Shown here: positions 51,661-61,126 of the stretch, in pieces | How positions within the stretch are numbered: the first letter of the stretch is position 1 | How the letters are laid out: every line of letters starts with the position of its first letter | DNA from: Porphyridium purpureum | Lineage: Eukaryota | Length of the DNA stretch: 64,000 nucleotides | Reading direction: 5' to 3' | Assembly: GCA_008690995.1 (NCBI GenBank) | Contig: VRMN01000002.1 | Coordinates: 1,674,001 to 1,738,000, forward strand | The notes under the pieces: generated by a model | The model's input: only the letters and a program-made list of their open reading frames with translations | Databases searched by the model: none | Told to the model about the DNA's origin: nothing | Made by a program: the position numbers and the translations under genes

Positions 51661-51839
51661 CTGTGTACATCGATAAGCGGAACAAGACAGAGGAAAGGAA
51701 AGGTCGGTCGAGGCCAACACGACGCATAGCATGGAGTGGAATGAAATAAAATGGTACACGTCATCATTGGTCAGAAACATCATACTGCATGGCACCAGCT
51801 TGAAAGCGCTCGGACATTTGATCACTGACAAGGACTTAC
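51661..51839 (-). other. Spliceosomal intron (179 nt) joining the aminopeptidase P/Tat-signal exon to the cyclophilin exon
   Basis: GAG/GTAAGT donor, TCTGAC branch-like motif, TTCCTTTCCTCTGTCTTGTT tract, ACACAG/CTT acceptor; phase 0 at both ends. Confidence 0.8.
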
Positions 51840-54008
51840 CTCTCCATTTCCAAACAGAAGGGCCAGCGCGCCGAGACCGATCGTAGACTTGATGAAATCC
51901 CTCCGACTTTCCTCACCCGTACTGTCCGTCCCCTGACCGTCACGTAGAGGAGTTGTACTGGCCCGCAACCAGTTCAGCGTGACAGTGTCGTTCTCCGAGA
52001 TTCGAGGCGAAATCGAGTCCCATACCTCGCGGTGGTATAAATCGATCCAGTCGCGCTCCTCCTGACTGAGCAGTTCGACTGCAATCATTCTTTTCTGGAT
52101 GGGCACCTTCGTGAGTCGCGAGAATCCTAGGAATTGCGCGTTCCCAAATGTTTTAACATCGCGCAACTTCTCCTCCACAACGAGCAAGTTCTCGATGCGA
52201 ATGCCGAAAGCACCGTCCTCGTAGTACCCTGGCTCGTTGCTGACCACCATTCCCGGTTGCAGTCCCTGCGTATTCTGCATTCGCGGGCTGATTCCATGCG
52301 GGCCTTCATGCACGTTGAGTGCGGCTCCCACGCCATGTCCCGTGCCGTGCCGATAATCCAGACCCGCCTGCCACAAGGCATTTCTTGCGAGTGTGTCAAG
52401 CAACGCACCCGGCGTTCGCGCTGGAAATATCGCGGCGTCAATCGCAATGTGTCCCTTCAGTACTCTAGTGAACGTTTCCTTTTGCCACGCGCTAGGCTCA
52501 CCGAAATGGACGGTGCGCGTGACATCGGTGGTGCCGACATCATACTGCGCCCCAGAATCCAACAAAAATAGCTCGTCCACGCTGACCTTGCGACAAGACG
52601 CCTCCTGTGCCCGATAATGGATCACAGCGCCGTTAGGTCCGGAGCCCGCGATGGTCGGAAAGCTGCAGAACAAATGGCCAGGCTGCTCCGAGCGGAACTT
52701 GTCCACCTGCAAGTCGACTTCGTACTCGGTCAGTGTGTTGCCTTTCGCCAGGTGTTCCTCGGCCCACGCGAAGAAACGAGACAGAGCAACGCCGTCACGC
52801 AGGTGCGCTTCACGCATACCCGCAAGCTCGGCGTCGTTTTTGAGCGCCTTTGCCAATACTATTGGCGAGGTCTGCAGCACTGCCTCTTTGCACTTTTGGA
52901 AGATTCCGTACGAAACCGTCTGAGGGTCGAGCCACACTTTTTCGAGAGCGGAAATATCGCAGAATATCTGTTCATAGTCACACACAGTGACTCCATGGCC
53001 GCTAAGCGACGATTTAAGCTCCTCAGACACTTTAGCACCGTCCACGTACCACTTGGCTGTGCCATCTGCAAATACGAGGCAGTACGACAGCACTAATTGC
53101 GACTCTTTGTAATCTGTTCCGCGAATATTCAGCAGCCAGGCTACTTCATCTAGCATGCTCACGCACAAAGCATCAGCTCCGTGCTTCTGAATCGCTGCAC
53201 CGATTTCCTTGAGTTTCTCGGTCCGCGGTTTACCTGCGTACGCAAGCGGGTGCTCACGCACTGCACCGGCTGGCATTCCTGGCCTTTCGGTGCCCCACAC
53301 CTCATCGATGAGGTTTGTGTCGCTCACGGTGATCAGCTTGATGTTCTTTTCATTGAGTGTTTTCTCTAGAGACTGCGCGTTTGCTGTGACGTGCACCAGC
53401 GGGTCGATGGCCACCTGACCATTTTCGGGCAAAGAATCGGCAAGGAAAGTCTCAATGGTCGGAGTGTCTGGCATCCCGGCTTTCATTAGCGTCCAGTCTC
53501 CGGACAGCTCTGTGGACGCCTGCAGAAAATACCTGCCGTCTGTCCAGAGCAGCGCCTTGTCTCTCAGAATCACCGCCGTGCCCGCCGACCCAGAGAAGCC
53601 CGAAATGAATGCGCGCCGAAGAAAGCATGGTGCAGCATACTCTGAATTGTGCGGGTCAGCGGACGGGACAATCAACGCATCAATCCCGCGCTCCACCATG
53701 ACCCGCTGCTGCAAGTCCTTGAGCGCGTCCTTCTCACGGCCGCCGACCGCCTTGACATTCAGACTCATAGCCATCCTTCTACCTCCACGGCCAAGCCGCC
53801 CTGGGTTAGCCATGCCATCCCAATTCCGGCTCTGGCTCTGACTACTGATCCCGTGCCATGACGCGCGTCTTCCGATGCAGGCAGATCGGCGCGCGAACTC
53901 AAAGCATCCATTCGGTGCGGTCACACGGCACGCATGGCTTTGTGCACGTGCTTGTGCGCCGGCGCAGGTACGTGCGAGGCCTGCTTGTGCCGCAGCAAAC
54001 GCAAACAT
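51822..54008 (-). CDS. Xaa-Pro aminopeptidase P (M24B) with organellar transit peptide; C-terminus carries a Tat-like signal (exon ends at 51840 if spliced)
   Basis: DPHNSEY, SGFSGSAG, WTDGRYF, DSGAQY..GTTDVTRT, HGTGHGVG..VHEGP, NEPGYY..GIRIEN. Confidence 0.93.
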   Translation of the reverse strand: MFAFAAAQAGLARTCAGAQARAQSHACRVTAPNGCFEFARRSACIGRRASWHGISSQSQSRNWDGMANPGRLGRGGRRMAMSLNVKAVGGREKDALKDLQQRVMVERGIDALIVPSADPHNSEYAAPCFLRRAFISGFSGSAGTAVILRDKALLWTDGRYFLQASTELSGDWTLMKAGMPDTPTIETFLADSLPENGQVAIDPLVHVTANAQSLEKTLNEKNIKLITVSDTNLIDEVWGTERPGMPAGAVREHPLAYAGKPRTEKLKEIGAAIQKHGADALCVSMLDEVAWLLNIRGTDYKESQLVLSYCLVFADGTAKWYVDGAKVSEELKSSLSGHGVTVCDYEQIFCDISALEKVWLDPQTVSYGIFQKCKEAVLQTSPIVLAKALKNDAELAGMREAHLRDGVALSRFFAWAEEHLAKGNTLTEYEVDLQVDKFRSEQPGHLFCSFPTIAGSGPNGAVIHYRAQEASCRKVSVDELFLLDSGAQYDVGTTDVTRTVHFGEPSAWQKETFTRVLKGHIAIDAAIFPARTPGALLDTLARNALWQAGLDYRHGTGHGVGAALNVHEGPHGISPRMQNTQGLQPGMVVSNEPGYYEDGAFGIRIENLLVVEEKLRDVKTFGNAQFLGFSRLTKVPIQKRMIAVELLSQEERDWIDLYHREVWDSISPRISENDTVTLNWLRASTTPLRDGQGTDSTGEESRRDFIKSTIGLGALALLFGNGEVSPCQ

Positions 54009-54453
54009 CCTGCTGTGTCGTCAGCTTACCTCCAGCGCTCCTGTCTCTCACGTGAAAACTCCTGGCCTTCGTTCCATCACATCACGCGCGCCGACTGCGC
54101 ACTGTTCCGCGCTGTACATCTTAGATGTTGAGCTCGTGACGATCTGCAGCCTCGACGGCTCAAAGGGAGAAGACCAAAGGATAGAACGACTCGAACGCGC
54201 TTGTGCGTTTGTGCGCTGGTCAGAAGCCGCGTGCTGGCAGGGAATGCGTGCGGCTGCCCTGACATGATGTGGGTCAGCGCCCTATCCCGATGATGGGCAG
54301 GACTGTGATATTTTGGCTCGCGAGACATGCTTTGAGAAGTCGACAGAGCCGTCCATGACCGCAGAATGGTTGGTGCCGCTGCGCGGATGAAGGATGGATT
54401 GGCCCAGGGCGCGATGTGAGGCTGTGAGAAGCTCGCCGACGTCGTTGTACGGG

Positions 54454-54460
54454 TATAAAA
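54454..54460 (+). promoter_or_regulatory. Candidate TATA box of the Gly/Tyr/Lys-rich protein gene
   Basis: TATAAAA about 160 nt upstream of ATG 54613 in GC-rich context. Confidence 0.5.
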
Positions 54461-54612
54461 GCAGCAGCAGATGCTGTTCTTCCGAGAGGTCGGGCTGTCA
54501 CTTGGAGGCGCAGGAGAGGACAGCTTGAGAAGGTCGGGAACGTGGTTCTGAAATTAAGGCAGGGAGACTTGAATTGGTGACGAGAGGAGTCGAAGCAGAG
54601 ACAATCAAAGGA

Positions 54613-55263
54613 ATGATGCGAAAATCGTTGATTGTGGCGCTTCTGGTGGCGCTGCTGGCCATACTCGCTATGCATGCAGTTAGTGCGCAGACCATGACAC
54701 CGACGCCGACGCCGACCCCATCCCCGATGCCGTCACCGTCGCCGGCGTTGCGTGTGATTGAGGAGGAAGTTGACGAGGAATTGGAGTTTGACCTGCCTCT
54801 GGACTTTGAGCGCCAGATCTTGGTAGACACAGAGATCCCGCGAGCAGAAGAGACCGAGATTCCCATTGCCGAGCGTACATACAAGGGCTACGATAGCAAG
54901 GGCTACGATAGCAAGGGCTACGGCGGCAAGGGCTACGGCGGCAAGGGCTACGATAGCAAGGGCTACGGCGGCAAGGGCTACGACGGCAAGGGCTACGATA
55001 GCAAGGGCTACGGCGGATACGAGGATAAGAGCTACGGCGGCAAGGGGTATGGTGGATACGAGGATAAGAGCTATGGCGGCAAGGGGTATGGTGGATACGA
55101 GGATAAGAGCTATGGCGGAAAGGGCTATGGTGGATACGAGGACAAGAGCTATGGCGGAAAGGGCTATGGTGGATACGAGGACAAGAGCTATGGCGGAAAG
55201 AGGTACGGTGGATACGGTGGCAAGAAGCTGGATGGAAAGAGCAAATCAAAGGGGTACTACTGA
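54613..55263 (+). CDS. Secreted Gly/Tyr/Lys-rich repeat protein with a Thr-Pro/Ser-Pro segment
   Basis: Signal peptide MMRKSLIVALLVALLAILAMHAVSA; TPTPTPTPSPMPSPSP; KGYDS/KGYGG and YGGYEDKSYGGKG repeats. Confidence 0.85.
   Translation: MMRKSLIVALLVALLAILAMHAVSAQTMTPTPTPTPSPMPSPSPALRVIEEEVDEELEFDLPLDFERQILVDTEIPRAEETEIPIAERTYKGYDSKGYDSKGYGGKGYGGKGYDSKGYGGKGYDGKGYDSKGYGGYEDKSYGGKGYGGYEDKSYGGKGYGGYEDKSYGGKGYGGYEDKSYGGKGYGGYEDKSYGGKRYGGYGGKKLDGKSKSKGYY
54883..55220 (+). repeat. Coding tandem repeats: about 9 x 15-bp units (KGY[DG][SG]) followed by about 5 x 39-bp units (YGGYEDKSYGGKG)
   Basis: Visible in DNA and protein; copies vary mainly at synonymous positions. Confidence 0.92.
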
Positions 55264-56197
55264 TCGTGCCAAGTTTTGCAGAAAACCAGATTTCAATCTC
55301 AAGAAGGCACAGAGGTAGGATTGTACTGCTGCCTCTGTTTGGGCTTCAAGCCAGCGTTGAGCGCGCGCCCTGTGAGCGGTTGGACGATTCTTGGAATCCG
55401 TGAAGATCATTGTGTTGTGGTAGATTGAATTAACGGGTGAATGTGTGAGCCAGAGGATCAGGTGTGTTGTGGGAGAGTTGGGATAAAGTGTGCGACTTCT
55501 CTCTTCTTGACACTATAAAACTTTGATTGTAGTTTGTTTCTTGAGAGAGCCACCTCCAAGCCTTTCTGTGCCTTTCGAGTGGAAGGCTTGCGCAATTGTG
55601 CTGCTCATTGCGACGCACAGATTCGCGCCACAATGCGAGAGTCCGAAGAGAAATGGGTCGTGTGTATCTGGAAACAGAAAAATACGCGTAGGTGTTTGAT
55701 GTGCGCGTTCCCAATGTCATGTCCACTCGCGGCAAATTCACTGCCCGCGCACGTTTGTCGGCGTTCAGCAGCGAGACAAACACGCGGCGCGCGGCGCCAA
55801 ACGAGCGAGCGTCAGCGTCTGGGAGGCGCCAGTCACGCGCGCACACCGTCTGAACGCCCACTCCGGCTCCTCCTCACCAGGTTTTGCACAGATTGCTTGA
55901 TCTGTCAGTCAATGCGGGTCCACTGCTGCTCAGTCGCAATTGAAAAAGTGGCGCTGCTTTGGTTTGGTGAGCGACCGAGCCGAAGAGTAGCAAAGGCGGC
56001 AGCACAAGAGGTCAGGGTGGCGCATGTTGGTTTGCGAACGCGGCGTCACAGAGCGTGTGTTGTCTGAATGAAAACTGCATGAGGCTCTCTCGCAGCAGAA
56101 GGGCGTGCAGGTCGTGGCGAGCAGGACTCGCGCAAAAGCGTTTGAGCGAGCCGTTGGGTCTGCGTGCGACGGAGCAAAACAGAAACGTGGAATTGCG

Positions 56198-57535
56198 ATG
56201 GGTGGTGCTGATGGGAAAGAGGAAGATGGACTTGAATGGGTCACTCGCGTAGAAGAATGCGCGTTTTTTGTGCCACCGGAACTGAAGCTGTACGTGCAGT
56301 TGCTGGTGCGCACGCGCAAGTACTTCAAGTCGATAGAGACGATGTTTGCGGAGAGCGTGGAGTGCAGTATGGCGTTTGCAGAGGAGGCATCCCGCCGCGC
56401 CGCGCTAGATAACGACATGAGCCTGCTGCATAGCACGCAGGAGTTCTACCGCATGCAGCAAACCATGCACCAGAACTTGGGCTACTTGCTCACTGACAGC
56501 GAAGACGTGTCTATTCAGGCTATTGCCGATCGCCTACTCGCGCGCACGCGTCTGATTTTTGAGAGCATGGAGTGTCTCGCGTATATGGACACCGTGCTCC
56601 AGATCTCAAATGACGAGAAGGATGCGCTCGAGCGTTCACTCATGGAATTTGCCCCCAAAGAGTGGACTATTCTTGCAGAATCCATACCGGACTTTGTGCG
56701 TGTGAGCATGGCGCGCCTTTCACTCTTTCAATCAAATATCTTTAGAATTGGCGAAATCATGGCAGCTGAATTCATTGACAGAAACACGTCAGGGTCACTG
56801 GCCAACTCGAAGGAATGGGTCCCCGAAGCATGCGAATTTCCGGAGCACGCGATGCCTTACGTCCAGCAGGTCTTAAGCGTCCGCGAGAGAGAGGCGCGTA
56901 AGGCGCCTCGCGTATCGAACAGCAGAACGAACTCAGCAGCCTCATCCCTTCAGATTGAGTATGACATACGAGACCCTGAAAACGCGAAAGACAAGACGTC
57001 TTCGAAAGATACTCCGTCAGGATCTGCAGCCAAGACGGCTCCGTCGATGGCACAACGCAGTCCAAGTTTTAATGACAAGAATGCCAAAACTGGAAAGCCG
57101 AGTCCGCATCCTTTTGCGAACTTTATTCTTGCCGCGCGAGAATCGTTGCGCTCAGCATCTATTGACGAGGATGGGTCCAGCGACAGCTACGAAGACTACG
57201 AAGCGTCCGACAAGGACGGCGAGGGCAGTGGCGCTCAGAATGATGCCGAAGAAGTACGCAGCGTCTCAGTGTGCGCAGTCTCAGATCCGCGCGACGAAGC
57301 AGTGCGCCTTCTCATGGAGCCGCGGATACCTGCCTCAGTGGTCACGCTCTACAGCTTTGCGTCCAACGATCCGATCGAGCTTTCATTCCAGAAGGGTGAT
57401 CGAATACAAGTCCAGCGCTCAAATCCCGACGGCTGGTGGCAAGGCCATGTGACCAATCGCGTAGGCTTGTTCCCAGTTAATTATTGCGCGCTGGACTCCG
57501 TATGCACTCCTGAGCACCCCGCAGACCCAAAATAA
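56198..57535 (+). CDS. SH3-domain protein with helical (possibly BAR-like) N-terminal region
   Basis: C-terminal LYSFASNDPIELSFQKGDRI..DGWWQG..GLFPVNY. Confidence 0.85.
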   Translation: MGGADGKEEDGLEWVTRVEECAFFVPPELKLYVQLLVRTRKYFKSIETMFAESVECSMAFAEEASRRAALDNDMSLLHSTQEFYRMQQTMHQNLGYLLTDSEDVSIQAIADRLLARTRLIFESMECLAYMDTVLQISNDEKDALERSLMEFAPKEWTILAESIPDFVRVSMARLSLFQSNIFRIGEIMAAEFIDRNTSGSLANSKEWVPEACEFPEHAMPYVQQVLSVREREARKAPRVSNSRTNSAASSLQIEYDIRDPENAKDKTSSKDTPSGSAAKTAPSMAQRSPSFNDKNAKTGKPSPHPFANFILAARESLRSASIDEDGSSDSYEDYEASDKDGEGSGAQNDAEEVRSVSVCAVSDPRDEAVRLLMEPRIPASVVTLYSFASNDPIELSFQKGDRIQVQRSNPDGWWQGHVTNRVGLFPVNYCALDSVCTPEHPADPK

Positions 57536-57622
57536 ATACGCAGTTGATAGTAACCTGCAAGAGCCGAGAGGCGCATCGAGGCCGCGAGTGAGGGATCCGG
57601 TTGGTGTCGGGAAAGTCCGAGG

Positions 57623-57913
57623 ATGCCGCCTGCGGACACCCGGAAGCAGTCAGAGCTGTGCAACGCGTTGCTGTATTCATACGCTCAGTGTTTGAAGCAT
57701 CCCGCGCGGTTCAAGTACGGGCGACTGAGCACAGAGACGTTGGACAAGGTGAGGGGGAAAACGGAACCCGCACAGGCAAACGATCGGCTGGCGCCGTGCT
57801 CAGGGATCTACGAGCAACTCGTGCGACGTGAATGCACCAGCCAGCTTGAGCAGATTGAGCTCGAAATCGCGCAGGACAAAGAGAAAGACGCTCCGGCAAA
57901 AGAGGGAGCATAA
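57623..57913 (+). CDS. Small hypothetical protein with Cx9C and Cx11C pairs (possible mitochondrial IMS CHCH-like)
   Basis: 96-aa ORF; CNALLYSYAQC and CSGIYEQLVRREC; fills the gap between two genes. Confidence 0.55.
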   Translation: MPPADTRKQSELCNALLYSYAQCLKHPARFKYGRLSTETLDKVRGKTEPAQANDRLAPCSGIYEQLVRRECTSQLEQIELEIAQDKEKDAPAKEGA

Positions 57914-57940
57914 AGGCGCTCATGCCTTTTTGGCTGTACC

Positions 57941-60905
57941 ATGGCGGCTCGGTCAAGTGGGGTGGAACGGAGCGCCGTCTGCCGGCCGACACAGAGTCTG
58001 ACTTGCACTGGGGAGAGACAGACAGGGTCCGATAGCTCTTCGAACTTGCATATCGTGGCGTTGATCGAGAACAAAGCCCATCAAGTAGGGATTGCAGCAT
58101 ACAGCCAGTTGTCGTCGCATGTAGAGCTCAGGCAAGTATGCGATGGTAATCTCTTCATCGATACACTCACAGTGCTTGCCATCTTACCGTATGTTCACTC
58201 GCAACCCCGTGTCAGGCGAATCACTCAGGAGATGTGAGCCATTGCGTCTTCGTTGCCATGTTCATGCACTGACCAAAGCGATCCCTTTTATTTTTTCCAT
58301 GATGGTATCCCGCAGGCCTAGCGAAGTGATCTTGTCATCCACCAGCGCAGGCATGGCGCTTGATCTTGTGCTTCAAGAATCAGGTATTCTAGCTGAAGCC
58401 AGGACGTCGTATGTCGAAAGGAAGCTGTTCAGCGAACTGCGCGGCAAGACGCTTCTTGATTTGTACTGCGCGCGGGGCCCCGAATACGCACTTGGTGCTG
58501 GGTGCCTTCCCACGGCGCAACCATATCTCGCTGTAGCTGCATTCGCTGCACTTCTGGACCACGTGAACATCTCCTTCCCCCCTCAGGCAATGAAAGTGAC
58601 GTACTGTTCGCCGGATGACACACTCTCCTTGGATTGGAGTACCATCTCGCAGCTTGAACTGCTCGGATCCGGAGCTTTCCAAGTTGATGCGCAGACTCAA
58701 CAGGAGAACTGCTCTCTGCTCGGCATCCTGCAACAGATGATTTCGACGCGCATGGGTGCCCGCTTTATGAGGCGTAATCTGTTGGAACCACTCAGCGACT
58801 TGGCGTCCATTGCCATGCGGCAAGATGCAGTCCAAACGCTTCTCCTGCACGAAGCGGCCTTTTTCCAAGCAACAAAGAGTCTCGCAAAGTTCCCGGATCT
58901 TGAGAATGGCATTTCGCTTATTCTGCGTCGTTTCATGCAGCCGCAGGAGGGACATGGAGCCATTCCAAGCATGGCCGTGTACGGGCAGAATTTCAATGCA
59001 TCGGTACTCCGCAATGTCAAGGTGATTTCCCAATTGTACGAAGCCTTGGCTCTGCTTCCAGAACTCGCAGAATCGATTGCTCTCGCACAGCAAGCTTCAT
59101 CGTCCGCTGCTGCTGCTGCTAATGTGGACAAGTCCGCACCTTCGGAGCAGAGGAACGGAGCAGTCCGTTCTAACGGAAACGCACTCTTAGAAAGCGTTTA
59201 TCGCGCGTGCGTGGATCCGGGAATCGTCTCCATCACACACGAGATCACGCAGGTTGTCGAGGCACCTTTGCATGCTGCTCATCATCAAGCTGACACCACA
59301 AGGCCTTTAAATGGCAAACGCGCGATACCAGAAAGCAGTCGCCGCTCACCAAACGCAGCGGAGCGCTCGCGGCTGTATCTTGCGCGCATTGTTCGTGGTA
59401 ATTTAAATCCTCTGCTTGACGTGGCTCGCCAAATCCTGGCTGAAATTTTGGAGGACATTGAAGATCACTGGAGCGCCATCCGCGACTCCCTTTTGCATGC
59501 CATGACGATTGAATTAACGTTTTTGCCCAGCCGCTCGTACGTGCTGCGAGCGTATGCGCGAGAATGGAATGCCTTCTGGGGAAATGCTGAACGAAATGGC
59601 ACCAGTGGTCCGGAGAGCTCTGAGTTCCAATTTACTCAAATTGCGATCCGAAAGGCCTCTGTGTTGTTTTCCACACAGAAGCTGATTGACCTCAACACGC
59701 GCTTTGAGCGCACTTTCGCGGAAATCGTCACTCTGAGCTCCTCCGCGTTGCAGGCTCTGCTGGCGAGCGTATGGAGTCCGCCCGTCATCCTATCACTGCA
59801 TCGGATGTGCGATGCGATTGCCATTTTCGACTGCCTCTTGGGCTTTGCGAAGCTGGTCGCTTCACAGGACGGATACACGCGACCGCGCATTTCCGTGCAG
59901 GGGCCTTTGGCGTTCAAGAAATTGCGGAACGTACTTCTAGAAACGCGTAGCAGTAGTAGTAGTCGCGCCAGGCATGACCAGTCGCGACTCTGTGCTCCCA
60001 ACGATGCGTTTGTGAGTCCGTATGGGCCTCGTGTTGTTCTAATTTCGGGCGCGAATATGTCGGGAAAGACGACATACATCAAAAGTGTTGCCCTGGCTGT
60101 CATTCTTGCTCATGTGGGGTGTTGGGTGCCGGCAGACCGCGCGTATGTCCCAGTACTGCGGTGCCTTCGCTCGCGGTGCAGCTTTGAAGATAGCCTCCAG
60201 AACAATCACTCATCGTTTTCACGGGAAGTAAGTGACATGGCAGCGGCTATAGCCCATATCAATACTCGGAGCACAACTGGATCAGCATCGCGCTCAGAAT
60301 CTGCCTCAAGATCTGATCATGGCCATCACGTGGATGAGCGTCGGAGTTTGCTGATTGTGGATGAATTCGGTCGCAGCACTTCACATCTTGAAGGATTTGC
60401 TCTTGCTTGGAGCACAGTTGAGTTTCTTGCTGATTCTTGCAAGGTGTTGTGCCTCTTCACCACTCACTTTCCCGACTTGGGCCGTGTGACGCGGGTAAAT
60501 TTGCGTGTTCAAGAGTTCCACATGCGCAGCGGCTCCGAGCCGTCGCAGTTTGAGCTGATTGAAGGACCTCTGGATGACACGCGGTACGGGCTACGTACGG
60601 CAGAAGCATGCGGAATACCTGAAATTGTGACTGCTCGCGCGCGAGCGCTCATGGAGACTGGGGAGATGAGCCCTGCACTGCGCGACATGTCGTTAGACAC
60701 AGGATCGTGCGCGCGTGTATCAGTTGGTTACGAGCAGGGACAACAGGAAGATGACGAACTGACGCGCGTTTTCAAAGCGTACGAAAGCGCTCGCTCTTTT
60801 GCGACGAATATTACGCTGCTTAAATCGATTGAAACAGAGCCGGCTAAGCTCAGAGAGTGCTTGAGGCGCATGAAAGCTTCATTGACAACTTCCATTCCCC
60901 AGTGA
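57941..60905 (+). CDS. MSH4: MutS homologue 4 (meiotic); exons 57941-58188 and 58316-60905
   Basis: IVALIENKAHQVGIAA N-terminus without mismatch-binding domain I; Walker A GANMSGKTT; SSFSRE; LLIVDEFGRST; FTTHF; YGL..A. Confidence 0.85.
58189..58315 (+). other. Spliceosomal intron of MSH4 (127 nt)
   Basis: CC/GTATGT donor, ACTGAC branch-like motif, U-rich tract, CGCAG/G acceptor; phase 2 at both ends. Confidence 0.85.
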
Positions 60906-61126
60906 AGTTCAAGAAGTGGAAAAGGAAAATGGGAAAATATTATCAGCGAGGCGACTTGGGTAAAGGTTCCTTCCCTCGCTTGTATTTTTGATTGACGTTT
61001 GGTGACAGGTAGCGCGCTTGGAACAAATAAAGGTCAGACCGAACATCGAGTTGAGTAGTACTTCGATGAATGTCACGAGGGCATGCACATTTAGGGAGAT
61101 CACGAGACGTGAGCAAATGCGCACGT

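Noticed and set aside
51661..51831. N-terminal part of the 268-aa cyclophilin ORF in the ORF track
   Set aside because: It is read-through of an intron with clear donor, pyrimidine tract and acceptor
54883..55220. Regular short repeats resembling a CRISPR array
   Set aside because: No unique spacers; units are multiples of 3 within an ORF with a signal peptide; no cas genes; eukaryotic context
55430..56100. ORFs of 143-177 aa between the repeat protein and the SH3 gene
   Set aside because: Non-ATG starts, Arg/Cys-rich shadow-like composition and no motifs
58143..58315. Start of the 920-aa MutS ORF at 58143
   Set aside because: The conserved MSH4 N-terminus is in the 57941 frame and joins through a phase-matched intron
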